This document shows, piece after piece, positions 1 to 14,215 of a stretch of 60,000 nucleotides of DNA. The DNA comes from Botryllus schlosseri (lineage: Eukaryota), in NCBI GenBank assembly GCA_051294905.1, contig CM119371.1, positions 3,288,001 through 3,348,000 on the forward strand, read 5' to 3'. The stretch's first letter is position 1. Every line of letters begins with the position of its first letter. The notes beneath the pieces are model-generated. The model saw only the letters and a program-made list of their open reading frames with translations. It did no database searches and was not told where the DNA came from. The position numbers were made by a program, and so were the translations under genes.

Positions 1-1814
1 TTACGTCATATGCGTAGTTGATTACTTTAGTAACGCTGAGATATGATTACGTCAATATTGCGTTGATCGCCTTTGTTATTGCAGTTGAAGCAAGTGCAAG
101 GCAATATATAACGTGTAATATTTATTACATGATTATTCGCTGTACGCTGTAGATTGAATGTGTGTAATAATATAAAAATTGGCTAAAATTGTGAATATCT
201 AATCATTGTGAAAATAGCAATTATCTCATGTTGTTGATGAAAATGATCAGCTTACGTTGTTATAAGCTCCAAAGCATGATTTAAATATTTTTTAAATATT
301 CCATTTTTTAAATAATAATACTTTGGTTCTAACTTTGGAATAATAATTATTGATAATATTTTCATTATTCATTGAAATCATTGTAGCTTATAACGGTGTA
401 CATCTTTTAAATATTATTGTAATGATATCAATTATTAACGAAAAAATATTATCAATAATCTTATTGATTTTTTAGTTAAATTATCGATTATCTTGTGTAG
501 TTGATAAATTAGTTTGTACAAAAGACGTTCACTGTTATAATCTACATGATTTCAATGATTATTAAAAAATAATTTTACTATTAAATCTAACAAAGTAACA
601 ATATAAAAAATTGGCTAATATTGTGAATATCGTATCATTGTGAAATTAGCAATTATCTCGTGTTGTTGATGAAAATAATCATCTTACGTTGTATTAGGAT
701 TAATTTTACAAAACTGTAGTGTAAAGGTTTTTAGTACTTTGGAAAAAGTAGTTTCTATCTACTTTACTAAATTTGATGTAAAGTGTTCGACGATTTAAAA
801 AATTGGTATTTATTTTACAAAATCCCCACTATAAAAGTTTTTATAAAATCGACTTGAGTAAGTACTGTCACTAGGCAAACGCTAGCAGAGTGTACTCTGA
901 TAAATGTAATAGTAGTAATCGATTATCGCGAAATAAATAGATAACATACAATATGTGCGTTGCTACGATGTCTCATAAATACTTTCATTTAATGTATACA
1001 AGTAGGTTATTTATACGTTAAGTAAAGAATAAAAAAATTAACGCTATCTCCGTAGAAAGATATGTAAATATACTAGAACGGTTACATCTGAACGCCTGCA
1101 AGTAAGAACGTAAGCTGATCATTTTCACCAACAACATGAGATAATTGCTAATTTCACAATGATTAGATATTCACAATATAAGCCAATTTCTATATTTTTA
1201 CTGATTATCTTATCATTGTGAGGTTTATTCAACTCTCATTAATTCAGGATTCTAGAACTACTGAAGTCTCATGGAATTATAAAATACCGTGCTTTGCAAA
1301 CAATGTAAAAATAATAGAAGCGAAGTTAGCTTGGTTCCCTGGGGACATCTATGCCTTTGTCAGGAATGTTCATCCAACGATTAGGTAATTGAATGCGCGC
1401 GCTTATCAATGCGTCTTGAAAAGCTGGTGGACGGGAAGTGAATACCCTAGACAAGTCCGAACCTGTATGTATTGCAGCATATTAGAGATAGCTTGTGCAA
1501 TAGCCCTAAATACAACAAAATGCGGAGAGCTGATATCGCAATAGGTGCGCGGTATTCGACAATAACAAAACGCAATTGTTCGAACTTAGTGCATCCCATA
1601 CCGCATTGTTAGCTCTAAATACTTATAACCGTTGAAAAATCTATTCCCCAATGAGTTAGACAGAAATGCGTTAGTCGTAGCGATTCAATCGTGTGCTCTA
1701 TAATAACAAAAACACAAATGACTTAGTGGATATCACTGCTAGCTCTAAATACCAGTTGCATAGCTGAGGCTAAATGCCGTAAATAACTACTGAGTTGGCC
1801 GAGTGGTGATGTAC

Positions 1815-2750
1815 TTGCTCGGAAATCGTCACTTCTTGCACTTTACTAAAAATTTGCTGCTACTAAAATGTTAAAATGTACTTTTTTCAATGGCCTTGAT
1901 GAGCAGCGTCAGTTTCATCTATATCCTATCATGCATTTTCGTACAGCAGAATGACTTATCGCATCGTAGAATAGCAAAAATACATCGAGAATCTGCAGAC
2001 TCTCACTGCGAAATATTTGAGTTTGACGAATTATCCTTCAAAGTGAGCTTACATATTGGATATCATCCAAACCCTCTCGATATGAAATAATTGATTATTT
2101 GGAGTACTCAAGTATAGGTTTCGCCTGCTTGGGCTATACTTAATCAAGCTACTATATGTTTAGACTAGAGTTTTCAGTTATGAGACAAATAATAACTTCA
2201 ATACTTACTTTTTTTAGTCACTCGGAAATCAACACACCATGTACTTTGGAAGAAATTTACTGGTAATAGAATGTTGAAATGTACTTTTCCATTGGCCTTG
2301 ATGAGCGGGCCCAGTTTCATCTATATCCTAGCATGCATTTTCGCACTTCAGAATGACTTATCACAATGAAAAATAGCACAAATACATCGAGAATTTGCGG
2401 AGTCTCACTGTACGATAATTGAGTTTTACCAATTACCCTTCGAAGTGAACCTACATGTTGGGTATTATCCAAAACCTCGTAGAATGTCGCTCCGAGCGAT
2501 AAATCCTTTGAATTAAGGTGGAAGCAGCTATTTCCGACTAAGTAAAATGTTAGTATTCTAGGTCTATTTCTGCTTAATTCTGAAACTATAATGGATTTGA
2601 AGCAGTAAAAATATGATAAACACTTGAGAGTATTTGGTACATGTACACTAAAAACTTACTTGAGTATACTCTGAAGAAGTCAACATTTACTTGTTTAGCC
2701 GCTCGGAAATCATCACTTCTTGTACTTTACTACAAATTCACTGCTGATGA
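1815..2750 (+). repeat. Diverged tandem units of ~400-490 bp (CTCGGAAATC...GTTTCATCTATATCCTA...GAATGACTTATC family)
   Basis: Units start at CTCGGAAATC (about 1818, 2221, 2702). Inverted homologues at about 4440-5300 and mirrored copies in the right arm. Confidence 0.8.
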
Positions 2751-3519
2751 ATGAGTAATCGACTTTAGTCGATATTCTCGTACTACGAAACTGAAGAATG
2801 AATAGACGCGTTTTCGAACTATAGAATGATATAGTCTCTACAAAATGTTTTTGACATCAAAATAACTTTTTTACATGAATGGTCACGTATCTTAATATTC
2901 AAATAACCCAACACAGAACTAGTATTACAATATTATCATAGTTCTTGTACCAAAGTTGTTTGTGCACAATATATGTTTAATGAAAGTCCTATACACATTC
3001 ATGATTTCGTCCGAGTTTGTATTTTAGAATATAATATACCGACATCGCGACATCTTTCAAAAACAAAACCATGATCACTGCTTGAGAGACCTATCAATGT
3101 CATCACAGTAATCTTGTAACTTTCACAAAAGAGTAGATATGTATTTGACTTTCGTTCCACAAAGCTAACGCGCAAACAGTTTACTTTACTAACGAGAAGT
3201 ATCGAGTTATCGAATGATTTTCCCTTACATCAAAACAAATAGAATGTAGATTGTAGAACTATATTTCTAACGTTCCTAACCCTTTGCACACCGCAGTTGT
3301 AAATCACACAAGCAACAAGTTTCGAGAAACGAGTTATTGAATAACGTGAAAGTGTTTTTCCAGTGTCAAGTCGTTATGTTGATTAAAGCATATAATGTAA
3401 TACCATGAAGTGAGACTTCGAAACTATCGTCAGTTCTCCATGAGCAAATATCGCGTTTTACAAGTGTTAAGATATTGTATTATGTAGCTAGTAATTGGTG
3501 CACGTAATCTCGGGATCGA

Positions 3520-3850
3520 ACCAACGTGTGTTAACTTGGGTTATTATGTACCTAGTAATTGGTGCGAGTAATGTCGCAACTGCTGTTGTTCAATGCATTT
3601 ACCATGTTCGTAGCAAGCATCTTAATAAGGATAGACAGCCCCAAGCAAATAATGTAAGTATGTATGTATGAATGATTGGTCTAATGGTGCTTAACGACAA
3701 AAGCTGGTCTTCTATTCTATATTCCGAAATAATCAAGTTGGTGATTTACCAACACCTCGCCTCATAGAAACTTGGTAGAATCACTTATAAATCCTCACGT
3801 TCACTTAACTAAATCTAATTTGATACTCGAGTACTGAACCTTAATTTTCC
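3520..3850 (+). repeat. ~330-bp dispersed repeat, direct copy at about 5910-6220
   Basis: Shared ATTATGTAnCTAGTAATT...GACAGnCCCAA...ATTCCGAAATAATCAAGTT...CCTCATAGAAACTT...CTAAATCTAATTTGATA. Confidence 0.8.
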
Positions 3851-6800
3851 AGCAGTGTGATAGACGCCGTCAGATGGTACTCAACATCGCATAATTCTGC
3901 TCGAATACAAGTAAAAGTACAGATTTCAAAGTAAGTAAGTAAGTAAGTAGGTAAGTAAGTGAGTAACTGGTTATGTTTGTAGACTATATCTCCACTTCTA
4001 CCTTTCAGACATGTTGAGCAGTGAAGTACATGTGTTTCTTCAAAGTAGTCAAGTAGGTTTTTGGCTACATGCACCAACTACTCAAGTGTTTATGATATAG
4101 GCCTGTTTCGAATTCAAGACAGTTTCAGTATTGAACAAAAATGGACCTTGAATACTAACTTTTTATAATGTGAAATTTTAAATGCATAAACGAAGAAACG
4201 TCACTTTTACAATGCTTCAGTATAATTTCTATATTATTCCACTCTCGTTATTGGACTGCGGTGTGACGGTGAGCTATATCTCGATGCCCGGGCTTCCGAA
4301 TTAATTTTTCGATTTATAGACCCTATGTAGATTTAACATAAGGAAGGTTATTTCACTCATAAAATTTGAAATACGTATTTGCTCGAGTTAAAGCCATAAC
4401 GCTTGCAGTGAAATTTTACGCGGTTTTCGTTAATATCCAACTTGGCTAATTCCGAAATGTGAATTGAAAAACTCAAATATCGTATAGTAGGACTTCGCAA
4501 TTTTCGATATAATTTTGCTATTTTTTCATGGTGATAAGTCATTTGGACGGTGAAATGCATTATAGGAAATAAATGAAACCGGTACAATTCATCAAGACCC
4601 CTGAAAAAAGTACATTACATTTCTACATTTTATTAGCAGGTAATCGAAATACCACAAACTGTGCTAACCTTCGGAGTTGTTAAGTAAAGAAGTACTCGTA
4701 CTTCTTCGGAGTACCCAAGTAGGTTTTTCGCCTACATGCACCAAATACTCTCAAATCCTTATGATATTGGAGTGCTTCAACTTCATGATAGTTATAGTAT
4801 TAAGCAGAAATATACCTGTAGTACTAACGTTTTACTTACTCGGAAATGACTACTTCTATCTTATTTTAAAGGATTCCTCGCTCGACGCGAAATTTTATTA
4901 GGTTTTGAATAATATCCAACATGTAGGTTCACTTTGAAGGGTACTTCGTAAAACTCAAATATTGCACAGTGAGAGTTCGCTAATTCTCGATGTATTTTTT
5001 GGTATTTTTATTGCGGTAAGTCATTCTGCAGCGCGAAAATGCATCATAGGATATAGATGAAACTGACAACGCTCACCAAGACCACCGGACCACTGAAAAA
5101 GTACGTTTCAATATTTTAGTAGCAGTAAATTCCTAGTAAAGTACAAGAAGTGATGATTTCCGAGTGAGTTAAAAAGTAAGTTTTGTAGGTATAGTTTGGT
5201 CGAAAACCGAAAACTCTGAAATAGAAGTAAATGCAGTGTAAAAAAGTTAATCACTTGATTAAGTATAGCACAAGCAGACCAAACCTATACTTGAGTACTT
5301 CAAAATGTACAAGTACTTCGCTATGGACTCCCTCCACGTAAAAAATGACTAGGTTTTAGACTACTTTATCGGTACTTGACAGTTTCAGTTTTAGATAAGA
5401 TTTGGAATATAAACTAGCTCATTCACCCACTTGGAAATCTCTTCTTTAACCTGTACTTGAGCGTAGCAAGTAAATCTCATTTAATATTAATTCTGCACGT
5501 ACACTTGACCATATTTTATGACTTACATAATTACTTTTCAATTATTTGAAGTCAAGTCTGTCAAATAGCAGTATATGTTACGATGAGCTTATATTCGTTC
5601 TGTTTGATCATCTTAACTAATGATATTCATTCGGCGAGCTCTCCAGTGATAGCCTTGGGACTTGGAACAGTGCTATATGACATCATAGCGATACGAGGTT
5701 ACGACAGTTTATAATTAGCTACCTTACGACACCAAATTTCGTTAGTTCATCTCCACCTTCAAATATCGTGTTATACAAATATTGTGTGTACGGAACAAAT
5801 ACATATATGGCTATGTTGTTGCAATCTGCAAAAAAGTACCCCCCTCAGTAACCAATTTCTGGTAGGCTATGCATACAAATGAGGACAGTTACATCAACGA
5901 GTCGTAACTTGTTGTATTATGTAGCTAGTAATTAGTGCAAGTAAGTCCGCAACTACTGTTCAAGACCTTTTCCGCGTTTTTTGTCAAGCATCCTCGTAAG
6001 GACAGACAGTCCCAATCAGCTAATGTAAGTGTGTATCTATGTACGAGGGGTCTTATGGCGGTTGACGAATGAAGTTGGTCGTCTGTTCTATTCCGAAATA
6101 ATCAAGTTAGTGATTTTTAACAGGACCTCACCTCATAGAAACTTCAGTGGAATAACTTACAACTCCTCACGTTTACTCAGCTAAATCTAATTTGATAATC
6201 AAGTACTGAATCTTAATTTTCAAACGAGTTCAAATTTTACTCTAACTTATGAGATTACATATAATAACTTTTCACGATGGAATGTATTTTACAGCATGAG
6301 CCAAGTGATTTCGTAATTAACACAAGATAATTAAATGAATTTCTAGAGTATTATAACATATTCGTCTCATCCTCCTTCGTGTATCATAAAAGAATATCTA
6401 CTGCAGTCGATTTGTAATTATTTGCGCTGTGTTTGATTAACTCAATCATTAACTCAATCAACACAGCGCAAATAATTACAAATCGACTGCAGTAGATATT
6501 CTTTTATGATACACGAAGGAGGATGAGACGAATATGTTATAATACTCTAGAAATTCATTTAATTATCTTGTGTTAATTACGAAATCACTTGGCTCATGCT
6601 GTAAAATACATTCCATCGTGAAAAGTTATTATATGTAATCTCATAAGTTAGAGTAAAATTTGAACTCGTTTGAAAATTAAGATTCAGTACTTGATTATCA
6701 AATTAGATTTAGCTGAGTAAACGTGAGGAGTTGTAAGTTATTCCACTGAAGTTTCTATGAGGTGAGGTCCTGTTAAAAATCACTAACTTGATTATTTCGG

Positions 6801-9800
6801 AATAGAACAGACGACCAACTTCATTCGTCAACCGCCATAAGACCCCTCGTACATAGATACACACTTACATTAGCTGATTGGGACTGTCTGTCCTTACGAG
6901 GATGCTTGACAAAAAACGCGGAAAAGGTCTTGAACAGTAGTTGCGGACTTACTTGCACTAATTACTAGCTACATAATACAACAAGTTACGACTCGTTGAT
7001 GTAACTGTCCTCATTTGTATGCATAGCCTACCAGAAATTGGTTACTGAGGGGGGTACTTTTTTGCAGATTGCAACAACATAGCCATATATGTATTTGTTC
7101 CGTACACACAATATTTGTATAACACGATATTTGAAGGTGGAGATGAACTAACGAAATTTGGTGTCGTAAGGTAGCTAATTATAAACTGTCGTAACCTCGT
7201 ATCGCTATGATGTCATATAGCACTGTTCCAAGTCCCAAGGCTATCACTGGAGAGCTCGCCGAATGAATATCATTAGTTAAGATGATCAAACAGAACGAAT
7301 ATAAGCTCATCGTAACATATACTGCTATTTGACAGACTTGACTTCAAATAATTGAAAAGTAATTATGTAAGTCATAAAATATGGTCAAGTGTACGTGCAG
7401 AATTAATATTAAATGAGATTTACTTGCTACGCTCAAGTACAGGTTAAAGAAGAGATTTCCAAGTGGGTGAATGAGCTAGTTTATATTCCAAATCTTATCT
7501 AAAACTGAAACTGTCAAGTACCGATAAAGTAGTCTAAAACCTAGTCATTTTTTACGTGGAGGGAGTCCATAGCGAAGTACTTGTACATTTTGAAGTACTC
7601 AAGTATAGGTTTGGTCTGCTTGTGCTATACTTAATCAAGTGATTAACTTTTTTACACTGCATTTACTTCTATTTCAGAGTTTTCGGTTTTCGACCAAACT
7701 ATACCTACAAAACTTACTTTTTAACTCACTCGGAAATCATCACTTCTTGTACTTTACTAGGAATTTACTGCTACTAAAATATTGAAACGTACTTTTTCAG
7801 TGGTCCGGTGGTCTTGGTGAGCGTTGTCAGTTTCATCTATATCCTATGATGCATTTTCGCGCTGCAGAATGACTTACCGCAATAAAAATACCAAAAAATA
7901 CATCGAGAATTAGCGAACTCTCACTGTGCAATATTTGAGTTTTACGAAGTACCCTTCAAAGTGAACCTACATGTTGGATATTATTCAAAACCTAATAAAA
8001 TTTCGCGTCGAGCGAGGAATCCTTTAAAATAAGATAGAAGTAGTCATTTCCGAGTAAGTAAAACGTTAGTACTACAGGTATATTTCTGCTTAATACTATA
8101 ACTATCATGAAGTTGAAGCACTCCAATATCATAAGGATTTGAGAGTATTTGGTGCATGTAGGCGAAAAACCTACTTGGGTACTCCGAAGAAGTACGAGTA
8201 CTTCTTTACTTAACAACTCCGAAGGTTAGCACAGTTTGTGGTATTTCGATTACCTGCTAATAAAATGTAGAAATGTAATGTACTTTTTTCAGGGGTCTTG
8301 ATGAATTGTACCGGTTTCATTTATTTCCTATAATGCATTTCACCGTCCAAATGACTTATCACCATGAAAAAATAGCAAAATTATATCGAAAATTGCGAAG
8401 TCCTACTATACGATATTTGAGTTTTTCAATTCACATTTCGGAATTAGCCAAGTTGGATATTAACGAAAACCGCGTAAAATTTCACTGCAAGCGTTATGGC
8501 TTTAACTCGAGCAAATACGTATTTCAAATTTTATGAGTGAAATAACCTTCCTTATGTTAAATCTACATAGGGTCTATAAATCGAAAAAATTAATTCGGAA
8601 GCCCGGGCATCGAGATATAGCTCACCGTCACACCGCAGTCCAATAACGGGAGTGGAATAATATAGAAATCATACTGAAGCATTGTAAAAGTGACGTTTCT
8701 TCGTTTATGCATTTAAAATTTCACATTATAAAAAGTTAGTATTCAAGGTCCATTTTTGTTCAATACTGAAACTGTCTTGAATTCGAAACAGGCCTATATC
8801 ATAAACACTTGAGTAGTTGGTGCATGTAGCCAAAAACCTACTTGACTACTTTGAAGAAACACATGTACTTCACTGCTCAACATCTCTGAAAGGTAGAAGT
8901 GGAGATATAGTCTACAAACATAACCAGTTACTCACTTACTTACCTACTTACTTACTTACTTACTTTGAAATCTGTACTTTTACTTGTATTCGAGCAGAAT
9001 TATGCGATGTTGAGTACCATCTGACGGCGTCTATCACACTGCTGGAAAATTAAGGTTCAGTACTCGAGTATCAAATTAGATTTAGTTAAGTGAACGTGAG
9101 GATTTATAAGTGATTCTACCAAGTTTCTATGAGGCGAGGTGTTGGTAAATCACCAACTTGATTATTTCGGAATATAGAATAGAAGACCAGCTTTTGTCGT
9201 TAAGCACCATTAGACCAATCATTCATACATACATACTTACATTATTTGCTTGGGGCTGTCTATCCTTATTAAGATGCTTGCTACGAACATGGTAAATGCA
9301 TTGAACAACAGCAGTTGCGACATTACTCGCACCAATTACTAGGTACATAATAACCCAAGTTAACACACGTTGGTTCGATCCCGAGATTACGTGCACCAAT
9401 TACTAGCTACATAATACAATATCTTAACACTTGTAAAACGCGATATTTGCTCATGGAGAACTGACGATAGTTTCGAAGTCTCACTTCATGGTATTACATT
9501 ATATGCTTTAATCAACATAACGACTTGACACTGGAAAAACACTTTCACGTTATTCAATAACTCGTTTCTCGAAACTTGTTGCTTGTGTGATTTACAACTG
9601 CGGTGTGCAAAGGGTTAGGAACGTTAGAAATATAGTTCTACAATCTACATTCTATTTGTTTTGATGTAAGGGAAAATCATTCGATAACTCGATACTTCTC
9701 GTTAGTAAAGTAAACTGTTTGCGCGTTAGCTTTGTGGAACGAAAGTCAAATACATATCTACTCTTTTGTGAAAGTTACAAGATTACTGTGATGACATTGA

Positions 9801-12800
9801 TAGGTCTCTCAAGCAGTGATCATGGTTTTGTTTTTGAAAGATGTCGCGATGTCGGTATATTATATTCTAAAATACAAACTCGGACGAAATCATGAATGTG
9901 TATAGGACTTTCATTAAACATATATTGTGCACAAACAACTTTGGTACAAGAACTATGATAATATTGTAATACTAGTTCTGTGTTGGGTTATTTGAATATT
10001 AAGATACGTGACCATTCATGTAAAAAAGTTATTTTGATGTCAAAAACATTTTGTAGAGACTATATCATTCTATAGTTCGAAAACGCGTCTATTCATTCTT
10101 CAGTTTCGTAGTACGAGAATATCGACTAAAGTCGATTACTCATTCATCAGCAGTGAATTTGTAGTAAAGTACAAGAAGTGATGATTTCCGAGCGGCTAAA
10201 CAAGTAAATGTTGACTTCTTCAGAGTATACTCAAGTAAGTTTTTAGTGTACATGTACCAAATACTCTCAAGTGTTTATCATATTTTTACTGCTTCAAATC
10301 CATTATAGTTTCAGAATTAAGCAGAAATAGACCTAGAATACTAACATTTTACTTAGTCGGAAATAGCTGCTTCCACCTTAATTCAAAGGATTTATCGCTC
10401 GGAGCGACATTCTACGAGGTTTTGGATAATACCCAACATGTAGGTTCACTTCGAAGGGTAATTGGTAAAACTCAATTATCGTACAGTGAGACTCCGCAAA
10501 TTCTCGATGTATTTGTGCTATTTTTCATTGTGATAAGTCATTCTGAAGTGCGAAAATGCATGCTAGGATATAGATGAAACTGGGCCCGCTCATCAAGGCC
10601 AATGGAAAAGTACATTTCAACATTCTATTACCAGTAAATTTCTTCCAAAGTACATGGTGTGTTGATTTCCGAGTGACTAAAAAAAGTAAGTATTGAAGTT
10701 ATTATTTGTCTCATTACTGAAAACTCTAGTCTAAACATATAGTAGCTTGATTAAGTATAGCCCAAGCAGGCGAAACCTATACTTGAGTACTCCAAATAAT
10801 CAATTATTTCATATCGAGAGGGTTTGGATGATATCCAATATGTAAGCTCACTTTGAAGGATAATTCGTCAAACTCAAATATTTCGCAGTGAGAGTCTGCA
10901 GATTCTCGATGTATTTTTGCTATTCTACGATGCGATAAGTCATTCTGCTGTACGAAAATGCATGATAGGATATAGATGAAACTGACGCTGCTCATCAAGG
11001 CCATTGAAAAAAGTACATTTTAACATTTTAGTAGCAGCAAATTTTTAGTAAAGTGCAAGAAGTGACGATTTCCGAGCAAGTACATCACCACTCGGCCAAC
11101 TCAGTAGTTATTTACGGCATTTAGCCTCAGCTATGCAACTGGTATTTAGAGCTAGCAGTGATATCCACTAAGTCATTTGTGTTTTTGTTATTATAGAGCA
11201 CACGATTGAATCGCTACGACTAACGCATTTCTGTCTAACTCATTGGGGAATAGATTTTTCAACGGTTATAAGTATTTAGAGCTAACAATGCGGTATGGGA
11301 TGCACTAAGTTCGAACAATTGCGTTTTGTTATTGTCGAATACCGCGCACCTATTGCGATATCAGCTCTCCGCATTTTGTTGTATTTAGGGCTATTGCACA
11401 AGCTATCTCTAATATGCTGCAATACATACAGGTTCGGACTTGTCTAGGGTATTCACTTCCCGTCCACCAGCTTTTCAAGACGCATTGATAAGCGCGCGCA
11501 TTCAATTACCTAATCGTTGGATGAACATTCCTGACAAAGGCATAGATGTCCCCAGGGAACCAAGCTAACTTCGCTTCTATTATTTTTACATTGTTTGCAA
11601 AGCACGGTATTTTATAATTCCATGAGACTTCAGTAGTTCTAGAATCCTGAATTAATGAGAGTTGAATAAACCTCACAATGATAAGATAATCAGTAAAAAT
11701 ATAGAAATTGGCTTATATTGTGAATATCTAATCATTGTGAAATTAGCAATTATCTCATGTTGTTGGTGAAAATGATCAGCTTACGTTCTTACTTGCAGGC
11801 GTTCAGATGTAACCGTTCTAGTATATTTACATATCTTTCTACGGAGATAGCGTTAATTTTTTTATTCTTTACTTAACGTATAAATAACCTACTTGTATAC
11901 ATTAAATGAAAGTATTTATGAGACATCGTAGCAACGCACATATTGTATGTTATCTATTTATTTCGCGATAATCGATTACTACTATTACATTTATCAGAGT
12001 ACACTCTGCTAGCGTTTGCCTAGTGACAGTACTTACTCAAGTCGATTTTATAAAAACTTTTATAGTGGGGATTTTGTAAAATAAATACCAATTTTTTAAA
12101 TCGTCGAACACTTTACATCAAATTTAGTAAAGTAGATAGAAACTACTTTTTCCAAAGTACTAAAAACCTTTACACTACAGTTTTGTAAAATTAATCCTAA
12201 TACAACGTAAGATGATTATTTTCATCAACAACACGAGATAATTGCTAATTTCACAATGATACGATATTCACAATATTAGCCAATTTTTTATATTGTTACT
12301 TTGTTAGATTTAATAGTAAAATTATTTTTTAATAATCATTGAAATCATGTAGATTATAACAGTGAACGTCTTTTGTACAAACTAATTTATCAACTACACA
12401 AGATAATCGATAATTTAACTAAAAAATCAATAAGATTATTGATAATATTTTTTCGTTAATAATTGATATCATTACAATAATATTTAAAAGATGTACACCG
12501 TTATAAGCTACAATGATTTCAATGAATAATGAAAATATTATCAATAATTATTATTCCAAAGTTAGAACCAAAGTATTATTATTTAAAAAATGGAATATTT
12601 AAAAAATATTTAAATCATGCTTTGGAGCTTATAACAACGTAAGCTGATCATTTTCATCAACAACATGAGATAATTGCTATTTTCACAATGATTAGATATT
12701 CACAATTTTAGCCAATTTTTATATTATTACACACATTCAATCTACAGCGTACAGCGAATAATCATGTAATAAATATTACACGTTATATATTGCCTTGCAC

Positions 12801-12840
12801 TTGCTTCAACTGCAATAACAAAGGCGATCAACGCAATATT

Positions 12841-14090
12841 GACGTAATCATATCTCAGCGTTACTAAAGTAATCAACTACGCATATGACGTAATCATTAC
12901 TGAACATGCTTCAACTGCAATACGCAATCATAATGACGTAAATATTTATCAGTGTTATTGGACTGGAAGTAACAAACACAGTAGCTGTAGCGTAACTGGT
13001 CTTATTCACAATATACATTTGAGTACACATTTAACACATTACTATAGTACAGGGTGGACAGATCTGCTTCATGCGCGACTAATGTAGTCGTTTCGAAAAC
13101 ATAGCATGCGCAACGGAATTGGTCGTTATGTTGAAATTAATAACATTGTTGCTTTGTGTATATCTTATTCATTTTTTAGGTAAATTATCAATTATCTTGC
13201 GTTGTTGATGAAAATAATTAGTTTGTACAAAAGACGTTCACTATTATAATGTGCACGATTTCAATGATTAATAAAAATAAGCTATTGCAAGTTTTCCAGA
13301 ATGCTGATGCTGGCTTTGCTATTGGAGCTTTTCCAAATAGCAATACGCAGTAGCATTATCGCAGGTGATGCTACTTGATTAGCTTTTGAGTGTAATTTAA
13401 CCCTTGAGTAGCCTCGATGATGATTTGTGCAAGTCAAAATTGACTTTTTATGAAATGAACGTTATAATGATACCGATTTCAGGTGCATCAAACTTGCAAA
13501 TCGCTCATACTTCCCATTTTGTTTTGTTTTATGACTCAGCGAAAACGGTTATTGCACAATTTATCTCTAATATGCTGCAATATACAGGTTCAGACTTGTC
13601 TATTCACTTCCGTCGACTGACTTTTATAATACATTTTACACAATCAAATACACATGTGCAGTTTATTTGAAGTAATAAACGATCGAGCACATTTACTAAT
13701 CGTTCAGAACACCGCGTAGAGCTCCCCTGAGATCCTGGGATAGTGACGGCTTAAATGTTAGTTTTCACTGGACTGGAACTAAGCAAAGCCGCTCTCGTAA
13801 TAACTAAAGTAATCAGCTACGCATATGACGTAATCATTACTGCACATGCTTCAACTGCACAATCATAATAACGTAAACATTTCTCAGCGTTATTAGACTG
13901 GAACTACACGCAATAATGACGTGATAATATCTCAGCGTTACTGGAACTAAGCAAAGTCGCTCTAGTAATAACTAAAGTAATCAACTACGCTTGTGACGTA
14001 ATCATGAATATGGTGCAATACGCAATCATAGGTAATCAACTTACGCAATGACGTAATAAATATCTCAGCGTTACTGGACTGGAACTATGC
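12841..14090 (+). repeat. Degenerate short-unit repeat rich in TGACGTAATC and TCTCAGCGTTACTGGACTGGAACT
   Basis: Recurring modules at 12841-12970 and 13765-14090 (AACTAAAGTAATCAACTACGC, TGACGTAATCA, GGACTGGAACT), mirrored at 1-120. Confidence 0.75.
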
Positions 14091-14119
14091 CATCTCTCCA
14101 ACAACCAAAACCTCTCTCG

Positions 14120-14215
14120 TATTGGAACCACACCTACATTGTTCTGCATTCTGATTGGCTAACAGATGTCACGTGATCAAATACTCGATGACTATTGGTC
14201 GGCGTATAAACCCGC
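14120..14215 (+). promoter_or_regulatory. Putative Pol II promoter (reverse CCAAT boxes, E-box, TATA)
   Basis: CTGATTGGCT at 14151, GTCACGTGA at 14168, ATTGG at 14194 and GTATAAA at 14204, in canonical order and spacing. Function is inferred only. Confidence 0.35.

Larger units (their letters stand above)
1..12893. repeat. Giant near-perfect inverted repeat (palindrome): arms 1-6433 and 6460-12893, 26-nt spacer
   Basis: 12841-12893 is the exact reverse complement of 1-53. Mirrored identical ORFs (1890..2090/10804..11004, 4357..4587/8306..8536, 4677..4901/7992..8216). Pairing breaks at 6434/6459. Only a few substitutions (near 2179, 4010, 4224, 4245) and one 1-bp indel (A5 vs A6 near 4306/8585) were noticed. 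Confidence 0.97.

Noticed and set aside
1890..11004. Mirrored short ORFs (66-78 aa) in the palindrome arms
   Set aside because: No recognisable domains; they lie in AT-rich repeats and are duplicated only because of the palindrome.
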